64,000 nucleotides of DNA from positions 1,541 through 65,540 of IMG/VR virus record IMGVR_UViG_3300022723_000262. One strand, 5' to 3'. The notes beneath the pieces were generated by a model. It saw nothing but the letters and a program-made list of their open reading frames with translations. It did no database searches and was not told where the DNA came from. Positions 36,660 to 46,749 of this stretch are shown piece by piece. Position 1 is the first letter of the stretch. The number at the start of each line of letters is the position of its first letter. Made by a program: the position numbers and the translations under genes. The stretch comes from a virus. Its lineage: Duplodnaviria > Caudoviricetes.

Positions 36660-38919
36660 TCCCCGAAAGCTACGACCAAGCGAACTATGCCGCTTGTTGA
36701 ACTCGACGTCGCTGGGCGAAGTGATCAACGAGCGGCAATTGCATCGCCATCGCACGCGGGCCGGCATGCGGATCGGCGACGGGCGTTACGTGGACCTGTT
36801 GCGCTACGTCGCGTGGTTGATTGAGATTCGCCACACACCGCGCCCGGAACCGGAAGGCGATCCGTATGAGAAGCTGAAGGAACGGGCTCGCGCTCGCAAT
36901 GTCGCGCTGGCTATCGCCGGTCGTGACATTGGCGAGTTGCCGGAGGTCGTAAACGCCGACCGGAAGACTCGGGCCGCGACCGACTTTCAATTCTTCTGCG
37001 AGTCGTATTTCCCGCTGACGTTTCACCTGCCGTGGTCGCCCGATCACTTGAAGGTCGTCGCCAAGATCGAACAGGCGGTGCTGCGGGGCGGTCTGTTCGC
37101 GATGGCGATGCCTCGCGGCTCGGGCAAGACAACCATCTGTGAATGCGCCTGCATCTGGGCGGTGCTCAACGGCCATCGCGAGTTCGTCTGTCTGATCGGA
37201 TCGGACGAAGGCCATGCGATGGACATGCTCGACTCGATCAAGATGGAACTTGACGGTAACGACCTGCTGCTCGAGGACTATCCGGAAGTCGTCTATCCGA
37301 TTCAATGCCTCGACGGGATCGCCAACCGCTGTAACGGTCAGCTCTACAAGGGCGAGCGGACGCACATCGGCTGGACTGCTCGCGAGATCGTGCTGCCAAC
37401 GATGCCGGGGAGCGTCGCGAGTGCGGCGATCATCAAGGTCGCCGGCATCACCGGGCGCATTCGCGGGATGAAATACAAGCGGTCCGACGGGCACACGGTT
37501 CGTCCGTCGCTTGTGGTGCTCGACGATCCGCAAACGGACGAATCTGCTCGATCGCTCTCACAATGCGCAACGCGCGAAGGCATTCTGGCTGGGGCGATTC
37601 TTGGCCTGGCCGGCCCCGGCAAGAAGATCTCCGGCATCATGCCTTGTACCGTCATCCGTCCAGGCGACATGGCCGACAACATCCTCTCGCGTGAGCGACA
37701 CCCGGAATGGAATGGCGAGCGAACCAAGATGGTCTACTCGTTTCCCAGCGACGAAAAACTCTGGCAGCGCTACGGCGAGCTCCGCGCCGAGAGCCTTCGC
37801 GCCCACGGCGACATCCGTCTCGCCACGGAGTTCTATGTTGCCCATCGTGGAGCGATGGATGCCGACGCGGAGATCGCTTGGCCCGAGCGGTTTAACCATG
37901 ACGAGGAATCGGCAATCCAACACGCCATGAATCTCAAGCTACAGGACGAGGCTGCCTTCTTCGCCGAGTACCAGAACGAGCCGCTACCGACGGACGCCGC
38001 AACCGACGACGAGTTGACGCCCGATCAGATCGCCGGGAAGACAAACCGTATGCAACGTCGTGTCATTCCCATCGGATGCAACCATGTGACGATGTTCGTT
38101 GACGTCCAGGCCAACCTGCTGTTCTTCGTCGTGGCGGCATGGGAGGACGACTTCACAGGTTATGTCGTGGACTACGGGGCGTTTCCCGATCAGAAGCGCC
38201 CCTTCTTTACGCTTCGCGACGCACGCAACACACTCACACGGGTGACCAAAGCGAGCGGCCTCGAAGGATCGATCTATGCAGGCCTGGAGCACGTGACGGA
38301 GGAGTATCTCGGTCGCGAGTGGAAACGCGACGACGGTGCGATGCTGCGGATCGAACGGTGTCTGGTCGACGCCAACTGGGGTTCTTCAACGGACGTCGTT
38401 TACCAGTTCTGCCGACAGTCGGCACACGCAAGTGTGATCATGCCGAGTCACGGTCGTTTCGTCGGGGCATCCAGTCAACCGTTCTCAGAATACAAACGAA
38501 AACCGGGCGATCGTCTGGGGCACAACTGGCGGATGCCGAACGTGCATGGCAAACGGGCCGTGCGTCACGTGGTTTACGACACCAACTACTGGAAGTCATT
38601 CGTCCATGCTCGCCTGGCGGTCACGATGGGTGATCGCGGATGTCTGTCCTTGTTTGGCGACAGTCCCGATCAGCATCGGTTGTTTGCGGAGCACCTTTCG
38701 GCCGAATACCGCGTCAAGACGGAAGGGCGTGGCCGGACCGTAGACGAGTGGAAGATGCGACCCGAGCGAGGCGACAACCACTGGTTCGATTGCCTGGTCG
38801 GCTGCAGCGTGGCTGCCTCCATCCAGGGCGTGGTGCTCGCCGGAACGGGTAGCGTCCCGCCACCACCCGTTCGCGAGCGAATCAGCTTCGCCGAAATGCA
38901 GCGGAGGCGCCGTGGATGA
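36649..38919 (+). CDS. Terminase large subunit (GpA-like)
   Basis: MPRGSGKTT Walker A, VVLDDPQT Walker B, FVDVQ and DNHWFDCLV nuclease motifs. Confidence 0.92.
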   Translation: MASDPRKLRPSELCRLLNSTSLGEVINERQLHRHRTRAGMRIGDGRYVDLLRYVAWLIEIRHTPRPEPEGDPYEKLKERARARNVALAIAGRDIGELPEVVNADRKTRAATDFQFFCESYFPLTFHLPWSPDHLKVVAKIEQAVLRGGLFAMAMPRGSGKTTICECACIWAVLNGHREFVCLIGSDEGHAMDMLDSIKMELDGNDLLLEDYPEVVYPIQCLDGIANRCNGQLYKGERTHIGWTAREIVLPTMPGSVASAAIIKVAGITGRIRGMKYKRSDGHTVRPSLVVLDDPQTDESARSLSQCATREGILAGAILGLAGPGKKISGIMPCTVIRPGDMADNILSRERHPEWNGERTKMVYSFPSDEKLWQRYGELRAESLRAHGDIRLATEFYVAHRGAMDADAEIAWPERFNHDEESAIQHAMNLKLQDEAAFFAEYQNEPLPTDAATDDELTPDQIAGKTNRMQRRVIPIGCNHVTMFVDVQANLLFFVVAAWEDDFTGYVVDYGAFPDQKRPFFTLRDARNTLTRVTKASGLEGSIYAGLEHVTEEYLGREWKRDDGAMLRIERCLVDANWGSSTDVVYQFCRQSAHASVIMPSHGRFVGASSQPFSEYKRKPGDRLGHNWRMPNVHGKRAVRHVVYDTNYWKSFVHARLAVTMGDRGCLSLFGDSPDQHRLFAEHLSAEYRVKTEGRGRTVDEWKMRPERGDNHWFDCLVGCSVAASIQGVVLAGTGSVPPPPVRERISFAEMQRRRRG

Positions 38920-39110
38920 AGCAATCCAAGCCTTCTCGCTCGGAACGCGGAATCTGCTGTCCGCAATGTGGTTGCCGGCACTTCGATACCACGCACACGG
39001 AGCCGCTTCGCGACGGGCGTATCCGACGCCGCAAGACATGCCGCCACTGCGGTCGAAAAGTCGTGACTCACGAGGTCACGCAGGTTGGTTCGCCGAACAA
39101 ATCCGACTAA
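38916..39110 (+). CDS. Zinc-ribbon protein (Ogr/NrdR-like)
   Basis: CPQCG...IRRRKTCRHCG..VVTHE; ATGA coupling to terminase. Confidence 0.75.
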   Translation: MKQSKPSRSERGICCPQCGCRHFDTTHTEPLRDGRIRRRKTCRHCGRKVVTHEVTQVGSPNKSD

Positions 39111-39117
39111 CTGTAGC

Positions 39118-39984
39118 TCATACTTGCTTTGCTCGCGCGATTGCAATAACGGTGCGCAGACGATTGATGACAGTGTCTGTGCTGTCACCAAACAGATCGG
39201 CTCGGACAGGTGGAAGCTCAACTGACGTTTGAAGGCCGCTTGTGAACAGGCGATATGTTTCCGCACGAACCGCATCGACGTGTATTTGTGGCAGGAGTGC
39301 GATCCTCACAGAAGGATGGCCATGCGACCGGTTCATGCATTCCGCGTCGCATTCGTCCCAGTCGACCTTCTTCTTCCCGCGCATCCAGTCTTCAAAGAGA
39401 TTAGCAAACAACTCCGACGACGCGTGCCGCCACGGCAGTATGGCGTCTGCAGCGTCTGAATCCGACTCGATCGGCCGATTGCTCGTACGGTCGGTTCGGG
39501 AACCGCCCGACTCTCGCACGGTGAGCCGGTAGAAGCGGGAGAACCAGCGAAAGGAAAAGCCAATCTCCTGATCGCCACCCGACCAGGTGCGGTCTACGTG
39601 ATGGCCCCACTCGTGATACAGGATGAATTCACCCGGTGCGACGAGAAACGGAGGAGGCGGCGGCTCCATCCCCAGCGCACGCATATCTCGCATTACCTCG
39701 CCGCTAAAAGCGCCTTCTGGATGCACGTATCTGCCGCCTGCATGTGTGATGCCACTTCGGTTTCCGCTCCGAGTCTTAACCACGACGCACGTCGGGTCAT
39801 GGAAACCTCGCTCGGCAAGGCGCCTGAGCCCTCGCTTCAAGCCGGGCGAAATGCGCTCTCCGTAAGACTGGACCCGAAAGCCGTGAATTGTGACCACGGA
39901 GGAGAGGTCACGATCGCTTGTCGTGGAGGGATCGGCGTCCATCGTAAGCCTTCGGCGAGCAATGACGGTTGACTGTCGTCGCAT
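39118..39984 (-). CDS. Moron: zincin-like metallopeptidase-fold protein
   Basis: ILYHEWGHHVD plus downstream SELFANLFE; antisense insertion with atypical codon usage; start may be 39942. Confidence 0.6.
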   Translation of the reverse strand: MRRQSTVIARRRLTMDADPSTTSDRDLSSVVTIHGFRVQSYGERISPGLKRGLRRLAERGFHDPTCVVVKTRSGNRSGITHAGGRYVHPEGAFSGEVMRDMRALGMEPPPPPFLVAPGEFILYHEWGHHVDRTWSGGDQEIGFSFRWFSRFYRLTVRESGGSRTDRTSNRPIESDSDAADAILPWRHASSELFANLFEDWMRGKKKVDWDECDAECMNRSHGHPSVRIALLPQIHVDAVRAETYRLFTSGLQTSVELPPVRADLFGDSTDTVINRLRTVIAIARAKQV

Positions 39985-40073
39985 GGTACATCCCGAGGTT
40001 GATCCAGCAAAGATTCAACCTCCGAGAACCTCATTGCTAGATGTAGCACGATTTCGGGAAATCTTCGCCGCCA

Positions 40074-40107
40074 GCGCGCAGTCCGACCTCTAAACGGCAT
40101 ACATAAC
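40074..40107 (+). promoter_or_regulatory. Bipartite promoter motif (head/tail operon)
   Basis: GCGCGCAGT-CCGACCTCTA-AACGGCATACATAAC upstream of the gpW-like and portal genes. Confidence 0.8.
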
Positions 40108-40192
40108 CAAGGGACGAACAGTCCAGCGCGCGTGCGTGAATTCTCGCCGCGTGGCCTCTCGGCCGGATGGGCTGTCCCCTGGAATCCATGCC

Positions 40193-40390
40193 ATGCCCGA
40201 CGATCTCAAAGACAAGATTCGCGAGAACGCCGAAGGACCGGCCAAAGCGGCTGGTGACGCAGGCAGCGTCGAGCAGCACAAGCTGACCGACCAGATCGAG
40301 GCGGACAAGTATCTGGCCTCGAAAGAGGCCGCGAAGTCCAAGAGTCGTGGATTGCGATTTAACAAGCTCGTACCTCCGGGAATCGACTGA
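40193..40390 (+). CDS. gpW-like head completion protein
   Basis: 65 aa directly before a lambda-type portal. Confidence 0.65.
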   Translation: MPDDLKDKIRENAEGPAKAAGDAGSVEQHKLTDQIEADKYLASKEAAKSKSRGLRFNKLVPPGID

Positions 40391-40391
40391 C

Positions 40392-41876
40392 GTGTGGAAC
40401 TGGCTCGCCAAGATGCTTCGCCCATCCCCGGTGAACACCGATGGTCGGTTCCTGCGCCGGCGGCTGCTTCGTGCCCGATACGATGCGGCTGCCACCACGG
40501 TGGACAACCGGCGGCATTGGGCCAACGCGGATGGGCTGAGCGCCAACGCGGCCAACAGTCCCGATGTTCGCTCCACGCTCCGCAACCGGGCGCGCTACGA
40601 GGTGGCCAACAACAGCTACGCCCGAGGCATCGTCCTCACACTGGCCAACGATGTCGTGGGAACCGGTCCGCGATTGCAGATGCTAACGCCGGATGCGGAA
40701 GCCAACCGACTGGTCGAACGAGAGTTTGCCAGCTGGGCATCGGCCGTAAGCCTCCCCGAAAAACTCCGCACGATGCGTATGGCGCGAGCTAGTGATGGTG
40801 AGGCTTTCGCCATCCTCACCAGCAACGAAGGATCGCCTGCGCCGATCAACCTCGACCTGCGACTCGTTGAAGCGGAACAGGTCTGCACGCCGGACCTATC
40901 TCCCAATCAACTCAATGCGGTCGACGGAATTGTCTTCGACGCCTTTGGCAATCCGGTGACCTATCACGTCCTCAAGGAACATCCGGGCAGCGACCGGTTC
41001 GTGGTGAACAGTCTGTCGTATGACCCGTATCCCGCTGCTGGCGTGATTCACTACTTCCGCTGCGATCGGCCGGGCCAGGCGCGTGGTATTCCCGACATCA
41101 CGCCCGCGCTGCCACTGTTCGCACAACTGCGTCGTTTTACGCTCGCCGTGCTGGCCGCCGCCGAGACGGCCGCCGACTTCGCCGGCATTCTCTACACCGA
41201 CGCACCTGCCGGTGGAGAAGCCGATGCTGCCGAACCGTTCGAACCGATCGAGCTCGAGAAACGGGCCCTCTTGACCATGCCGGGCGGCTGGAAGATGGCC
41301 CAAATGCATGCGGAGCAACCGTCGACCGGGTACACGGAGTTCAAAAAGGAAATCCTCAACGAGATCGCCCGTTGCTTGAACATGCCGTTCAACGTGGCTG
41401 CCGGAAATTCCTCTGGATACAACTACGCCTCCGGTCGCCTCGATCATCAGACGTACTTCAAATCCATCCGCGTCGAGCAGCAACACATCGCCGCGGTCGT
41501 GCTGGATCGCATCCTCGCTGCTTGGCTCGACGAGGCGGTCCTGGTGGAAGGATTCCTGCCGGCCAGTCTGCGAACTCTCGACGCGGACTTTTCACACCAA
41601 TGGATGTTCGATGGTCACGAGCATGTCGATCCTGCCAAGGAAGCCAACGCGCAGGCGACACGGCTGGCCAACCACACGACCACGCTGGCCACGGAATACG
41701 CACGGCAGGGGCGTGACTGGGAAGCCGAACTACGGCAGCGAGCCAAGGAACGCCAGCTCATGACCGAACTCGGCCTGTCCCCGGCCGAGTCGATCCCCGC
41801 GGGCAACGTAACGGACTCCGAACCCGAGGAAGACGATGTCGAAATCGACGACGAAAAACTCGCCGAAGCCGCTTGA
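40392..41876 (+). CDS. Lambda-family portal protein
   Basis: YDAA, LRNRAR..VANNSYARG, RPGQARGIP, NYASGR, VDPAKEA. Confidence 0.93.
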   Translation: MWNWLAKMLRPSPVNTDGRFLRRRLLRARYDAAATTVDNRRHWANADGLSANAANSPDVRSTLRNRARYEVANNSYARGIVLTLANDVVGTGPRLQMLTPDAEANRLVEREFASWASAVSLPEKLRTMRMARASDGEAFAILTSNEGSPAPINLDLRLVEAEQVCTPDLSPNQLNAVDGIVFDAFGNPVTYHVLKEHPGSDRFVVNSLSYDPYPAAGVIHYFRCDRPGQARGIPDITPALPLFAQLRRFTLAVLAAAETAADFAGILYTDAPAGGEADAAEPFEPIELEKRALLTMPGGWKMAQMHAEQPSTGYTEFKKEILNEIARCLNMPFNVAAGNSSGYNYASGRLDHQTYFKSIRVEQQHIAAVVLDRILAAWLDEAVLVEGFLPASLRTLDADFSHQWMFDGHEHVDPAKEANAQATRLANHTTTLATEYARQGRDWEAELRQRAKERQLMTELGLSPAESIPAGNVTDSEPEEDDVEIDDEKLAEAA

Positions 41877-43938
41877 CCAGGTTCCCAAGCGGCTCTGGAT
41901 TCAAAGCGACGATGCCGGTGGCATTCACCTTGAGGCCGCAGTACCGGTCGAAGGTGACAAGCCGCCACTGCGACGTTTCGCGATGACAGCCTACACGGGC
42001 GGCGCGATGCAGCTTTCCGGCTGGCGGTATCCGGTTGTCGTCGATTTGGCGGGCCTGCGTGTGCCCAAGAAGTCGCGGCCAATTCTCAAGGATCACGACG
42101 GCGGACAGATCGTCGGCCACACCAGCGAAATCGGTGCAACCGAACGAACGCTCGAAGTGAGCGGCGTCATCTCGGGCACGGGAGCGACCGCGCAGGAGAT
42201 CATCACCACCAGCGAAAACGGTTTTCCTTGGCAGGCATCGCTGGGAGCGACGGCCGACAAGGTCGTGTTCATCACGGAAGGAAAAACTGCGACGGCCAAT
42301 GGCCGCGAGTTTACCGGTCCCCTCTACATCGCCCGCAAGGCCACGCTGGGCGAAATCAGCTTCGTCGCGCTCGGAGCCGACGACGACACCTGGGCGCACG
42401 TTGCGGCTGGGGCCGGTGGAGAACAGAACCAGGAGGTAAGCACGATGGAATTCGAACAATGGGCCGCTGACAACAACCTGCCAATCGACGAGATGGATGA
42501 CAAGCACGTCGCCAGTCTCAAGGCAATGTTCGCAAAGCAGCAGGCCACGCCGCCTCCCGCTCCACCCGTTCCTCCCCCGGCGCCCCCGGTCGGCAAGAAC
42601 GACCCGCCGCTTGATCCGGTTGCGGAAATGCGGGCAGCTGCGGCCGCCGAGGCGAAGCGGATCGCCGCGGTGCGCAAAGTCTGCAACAACGAGTTTCCCG
42701 ACATCGAGGCTCAGGCCATCGAAGAGGGCTGGGACGAAGCCAAGACGGAACTGGCCGTGTTGCGTGCCACGCGCCCCAAAGCGCCGGCGATCCACGCGAC
42801 GCCGGCCGTGCCGAGCGCCCGCGTGCTGGAAGCGGCTGCTTTTCTGTCGCTCAACTTCGACGAGAACCAACTCGCTCGGCAGTACGGCGAACAGACGATG
42901 GAAGCCGCGTATCCGATGCGCAAGATCGGGCTGCGAGAGCTGGTTGCCGAGTGTGCTCGGCTGGAAGGTCACACTGTACCGCGTGTGTTCGGCGATGGAA
43001 CTGGGACGATCCAAGCCGGTTTTTCCACGGTCAGTCTGCCGGGCATCTTGGAAAACGTCATGAACAAGACGCTGCTGGCCGCCTACGAGTCGACGGCTAT
43101 CGCGGCGTTCGACCTCTGTTCGGTCGGTTCCGTGAGCGACTTCAAGGAAGTCAGCCGCTACCGGCTGCTGGGGACCGGTGGCTTCGAACGAGTCGCGCCG
43201 GACGGCGAACTGAAGCACGGCAAGCTGAGCGAGCAGAAGTACACGAACAAGGCCGAGACCTACGGCCAGATCGTGTTCCTGACGCGCGAGGCGATCATCA
43301 ACGACGATCTCAGTGCGTTCATGGAAGTGCCCACGCAGATGGGTCGCGAGGGGGCACAACTGGTCGACGAGCTGTTCTTCTCGCTGCTGTTGTCGAACCC
43401 GAACAGCTTCTTCAGTGCTGGCAACGGCAACTACCTAGATGGAGCAACGACCGCGTTCGGCCCCGACTCGCTGACCACGGCCAAGACCCAGTTCCGCAAA
43501 CAGAAGGCTGGACCGGGAACGAACCCCAAGGACCAAAAGCCGATCAACATTCGGCCTGAGTCGCTGGTGGTTCCGGTCGAGCTCGAAACTGACGCCGAAC
43601 TGTTGATGGGCTCGGCCCAGTTGATGATCGACGCTTCGGGCACGAAGACGAAGATCCCCGTCGACAACCCCCACCGCAACAAGTACCGCGTGATCTCCGC
43701 GCCGCACTTGTCGGACACGTACTTCAGCGGTGCCAGCGGCAAGGCATGGTATCTGTTCGCCAACCCGAACGTCATCTCGGCGTTCGAGATCGTGTTCCTG
43801 AACGGACGTCGCACGCCGGTGATCGAGCGGGTGGAAACACCGCCCAACAACATGGGCATGGGCTTCCGTGGCTACCTCGATGTGGGCGTCAAGGAACAGG
43901 ACCCGCGCGGCGCGCTTAAGGTCAAGGGCGAAGCGTAA
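41836..43938 (+). CDS. Prohead protease-major capsid fusion protein
   Basis: AYTGG, LKDHD..QIVGH, WQASLG, EISFVALGAD protease; Pro linker; VSDFKE...GELKHG...TREAIINDDL capsid. Confidence 0.9.
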   Translation: MSKSTTKNSPKPLDQVPKRLWIQSDDAGGIHLEAAVPVEGDKPPLRRFAMTAYTGGAMQLSGWRYPVVVDLAGLRVPKKSRPILKDHDGGQIVGHTSEIGATERTLEVSGVISGTGATAQEIITTSENGFPWQASLGATADKVVFITEGKTATANGREFTGPLYIARKATLGEISFVALGADDDTWAHVAAGAGGEQNQEVSTMEFEQWAADNNLPIDEMDDKHVASLKAMFAKQQATPPPAPPVPPPAPPVGKNDPPLDPVAEMRAAAAAEAKRIAAVRKVCNNEFPDIEAQAIEEGWDEAKTELAVLRATRPKAPAIHATPAVPSARVLEAAAFLSLNFDENQLARQYGEQTMEAAYPMRKIGLRELVAECARLEGHTVPRVFGDGTGTIQAGFSTVSLPGILENVMNKTLLAAYESTAIAAFDLCSVGSVSDFKEVSRYRLLGTGGFERVAPDGELKHGKLSEQKYTNKAETYGQIVFLTREAIINDDLSAFMEVPTQMGREGAQLVDELFFSLLLSNPNSFFSAGNGNYLDGATTAFGPDSLTTAKTQFRKQKAGPGTNPKDQKPINIRPESLVVPVELETDAELLMGSAQLMIDASGTKTKIPVDNPHRNKYRVISAPHLSDTYFSGASGKAWYLFANPNVISAFEIVFLNGRRTPVIERVETPPNNMGMGFRGYLDVGVKEQDPRGALKVKGEA

Positions 43939-44000
43939 GCAACCCTGGCCGTTCGTAGCTCAGGCACAACTCGACAGTTAACTCCGAGAGAGGAAAACCA

Positions 44001-44342
44001 ATGGCTCAAGCTCAATTCATTCAGGAAGGCGATGCCATCGACTACACGCCTGGTGCCGATGTGGCCGCCGGCGAAGTTGTGGTGCTCAGTGACCTAGTCG
44101 GCGTCACCAAACTCGACATCAAGGCCAACGTGCTGGGAGCGCTCGCCGTCAAAGGCGTGTTCGACGTCGCGAAGGAAGGCGGCGCAGGCGTCACGTTCGC
44201 CATCGGTGACAAGGTGTACTGGGACGACACGAACGATGTCGCCGTGGCCACCGACGGTGCCGGCGCCAACAAGCTGATGGGCAAGGCGGTCCTGGCCGCG
44301 GCCGACGCAGATACGACGGTTCGCGTTCGGCTGAGCCAGTAG
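44001..44342 (+). CDS. DUF2190 capsid cement protein
   Basis: FIQEGDAIDYT...GVFDVAK...GDKVYWD...VRVRL. Confidence 0.88.
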   Translation: MAQAQFIQEGDAIDYTPGADVAAGEVVVLSDLVGVTKLDIKANVLGALAVKGVFDVAKEGGAGVTFAIGDKVYWDDTNDVAVATDGAGANKLMGKAVLAAADADTTVRVRLSQ

Positions 44343-44353
44343 GAGGCCCGCTT

Positions 44354-44737
44354 TTGACCAACCTGTTGCAAATCGGCGCCTCGTGGCTGGCGGACCAGAT
44401 GAAGACGCATGCGTCCATCGACGTCACCTACGAGCGCGGCGCGGAGCAGGTGCCGGTCAAGGCGACGGTTGGCAAGACGGAATTCGAGATCGACGACGGA
44501 TCGGGAGTAATTGAGCGATTTCAGTCGCGCGACTACCTGATCCACGCGGCGGACCTGGTGCTTGGTGGCGTCGAAACGCTGCCTGTCGCGGGTGACCTGA
44601 TCCGCGAAACGCAAGGAACAAAGACGTTTGTTTACGAAGTCATGGCACCGGGAGACGAGCCGCATTACCGCTACTCCGATCCCTTCCGCAAACTCCTGAG
44701 GATTCACTCGAAGCATGTGGCGACACAAGGTCCTTAA
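44354..44737 (+). CDS. Head-tail adaptor-like protein
   Basis: AGGAGG RBS with TTG start; size and synteny. Confidence 0.65.
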   Translation: MTNLLQIGASWLADQMKTHASIDVTYERGAEQVPVKATVGKTEFEIDDGSGVIERFQSRDYLIHAADLVLGGVETLPVAGDLIRETQGTKTFVYEVMAPGDEPHYRYSDPFRKLLRIHSKHVATQGP

Positions 44738-45281
44738 CATTCTCGTTCTGGCAACTGCGATGATCGCGGTCGGATCGGCGCTCCAGGCGCAGGACATGAT
44801 GGAGTTGCCCGTCGAGGTGCGAAAGTGGTTTCGCAATCCGGACGGGTCGTGCGTGCAATGCTCGATCGGCATGTGCGGCACTTGGAACAACGTGCCTGCC
44901 GCCACGACGCTGTTGTGGGACACCGATTATGGCAAGGCAATTCGAGGTGGTTCGTGGCCCAGCCGGGTTGCGGACTACTGTAGCGACCGAGGTATCCGTG
45001 CCTTCAACGTGACGGGCGACTCGACGTTTGAGTGGATGGAGTGGGCGGCCAAGACCGGTCGCTTCGCCGCCATCGGAGCGGGTACCCGGCACTTCCAGAC
45101 CGAGTACGGCCGCGATCGCCCCGCGGGCCTCTGGTACGTCTGCAACAACAACTCGCCGCATCGGATCGACGAGTACACGAACGACGGCTATCGCCGTCTG
45201 CATTTGGCCAGCGGAAAGTGGGTCGTGATTCTCGACGGTCCCGCACCGCCGCCTCCGCCTCGCTACGTCCGCTGGTGGTAA
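44715..45281 (+). CDS. Secreted protein, possible papain-like cysteine peptidase
   Basis: Signal peptide; GSCVQCS...RHF...VCNNN gives a plausible Cys-His-Asn order. Confidence 0.5.
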   Translation: MWRHKVLNILVLATAMIAVGSALQAQDMMELPVEVRKWFRNPDGSCVQCSIGMCGTWNNVPAATTLLWDTDYGKAIRGGSWPSRVADYCSDRGIRAFNVTGDSTFEWMEWAAKTGRFAAIGAGTRHFQTEYGRDRPAGLWYVCNNNSPHRIDEYTNDGYRRLHLASGKWVVILDGPAPPPPPRYVRWW

Positions 45282-45314
45282 CCACCTCATTTTGTGTCAA
45301 AGGAGTAACACGAC

Positions 45315-46256
45315 ATGGTTTCGCGAATGGCAAGCTGCCTGCTGCTACTGACGCTGACCGCGCCCACGCTCGCGCAAGATTTGAAGGACGTGCCGCACGT
45401 CGCCGAACAGGAGATTCTGCGACGCGGCAACTTCGTCGAACGGATCGACGGCTACCGCAACGATGTGACCGACCTGATCGCCGAGGCGCTGCGCCCGCCG
45501 GCGGACGACTCGCACAAGTGGTTCATCACGGTCATTACGACCCGCAATTGCCGGTACTGCGAATCGCTCAAGCGTGACTTCGCCACGTCGGCCAACCTGC
45601 GGCCGTTCGTCGACCCGGAAGACCACACCAACAGTTGGGCACACTTCAACGTGTTCTCGATCGACGACCAAACGCAGGCCTGGCGTTGGGAAGGGATTCA
45701 ACTGGCAGGCTACCCGACGCTGCTGATCCAACCGCCACGCGACAACCGGTACGGCGATCCGAAGACGGTCGTCCTGCAAAAGACGGGCTACGACGGGGAC
45801 TCGCAGAAACTGGCGTCGTCCATTCGCGACACGATCACCCGGTATGTGGCAAGGTTCCCGCAACAGCCTCGGCAACGTGGGATCGGCCAGCAGACCGAAC
45901 CAGCCGAACAGCAGTCGCGAGGCTACGATCCCCCTTTTTCGCCGCCCCCGCGCGTGGAGCCGACGCCTTACGCTCCGCAACCTCAGTTCCCGTTCGACTA
46001 TCCGCCGGTGCCCCAGCCGGCCCCGCAGCCGACCATCAATCCGCTGAGCCTATTGGCGGCTCTGCTGGGATCGACGTTGGGCTCCGGCGGCATGACGAAC
46101 CTGTTGCTGCTAGTGCTGGCGGGCTTCGCGGGGATTCGGACGTTTCGGAAGGCGACGGGCCAGAAACTGCTGCTGGACGACAACGCTTATCAAAACATCG
46201 TCGACGCGATCAAGAAGCTGATCGGGGCGACGACGCCTCCGACTCCCGGCGCGTAG
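45315..46256 (+). CDS. Secreted thioredoxin-like protein with C-terminal TM region
   Basis: Signal peptide, CRYC, GYPT cis-Pro-like motif, Pro-rich linker, hydrophobic C-terminus. Confidence 0.6.
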   Translation: MVSRMASCLLLLTLTAPTLAQDLKDVPHVAEQEILRRGNFVERIDGYRNDVTDLIAEALRPPADDSHKWFITVITTRNCRYCESLKRDFATSANLRPFVDPEDHTNSWAHFNVFSIDDQTQAWRWEGIQLAGYPTLLIQPPRDNRYGDPKTVVLQKTGYDGDSQKLASSIRDTITRYVARFPQQPRQRGIGQQTEPAEQQSRGYDPPFSPPPRVEPTPYAPQPQFPFDYPPVPQPAPQPTINPLSLLAALLGSTLGSGGMTNLLLLVLAGFAGIRTFRKATGQKLLLDDNAYQNIVDAIKKLIGATTPPTPGA

Positions 46257-46309
46257 GTTGGCGGATCAAGCGGTTTTTCCAGCGACTGGGAGGAGTGATT
46301 GAAGGATGG

Positions 46310-46441
46310 ATGCAATGGGCGGCGTTGACGCCGCGAGTACTCATGATCGTGGAAATCGCTTGCCCGGCTGTGGCCGTTCTGTTGGCGGCCATCTGGGCTC
46401 GCAGAATGTGGGTTTCAACCAGGAAGGACGAACGACGATGA
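46310..46441 (+). CDS. 43-aa single-TM protein (holin-like candidate)
   Basis: MQWAALTPRVLMIVEIACPAVAVLLAAIWARRMW...KDERR; ATGA overlap with the next gene. Confidence 0.4.
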   Translation: MQWAALTPRVLMIVEIACPAVAVLLAAIWARRMWVSTRKDERR

Positions 46442-46728
46442 AACGATTCGCTCTGTGTGTCGCTGCCGTGTTGATGATCGGACTTGGAATGAGCGGCCAG
46501 GAGACGCGGGCCGACGACGATCTGCAGTTCGCGACGCCGGCGGTGACCGAGGCCGGAACGGCGGCCGCCTGTGATGCGGGCACGTGCCAGACGACCAGGT
46601 TCGCGCGTACCGGTGTCGCTTACCACCGCAGCCGACGACCGATCGCACGCTGGTTCCAGGAGCATCGCCCGGTCCGACGGGTGTTGCGCGGGGCCGTGCG
46701 GCTCTTCGGCCGTCGCTGTTGCCACTGA
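46438..46728 (+). CDS. Small secreted protein with basic C-terminus
   Basis: MKRFALCVAAVLMIGL signal peptide; Arg-rich tail. Confidence 0.65.
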   Translation: MKRFALCVAAVLMIGLGMSGQETRADDDLQFATPAVTEAGTAAACDAGTCQTTRFARTGVAYHRSRRPIARWFQEHRPVRRVLRGAVRLFGRRCCH

Positions 46729-46749
46729 GACCACGCGAAGCAAGAGACC

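Noticed and set aside
45635-46309. Possible -1 frameshift at C CCT TTT (45932-38) into the long alternative frame
   Set aside because: The alternative frame reads like shadow sequence; only its last 43 codons look like a real TM peptide with its own ATG
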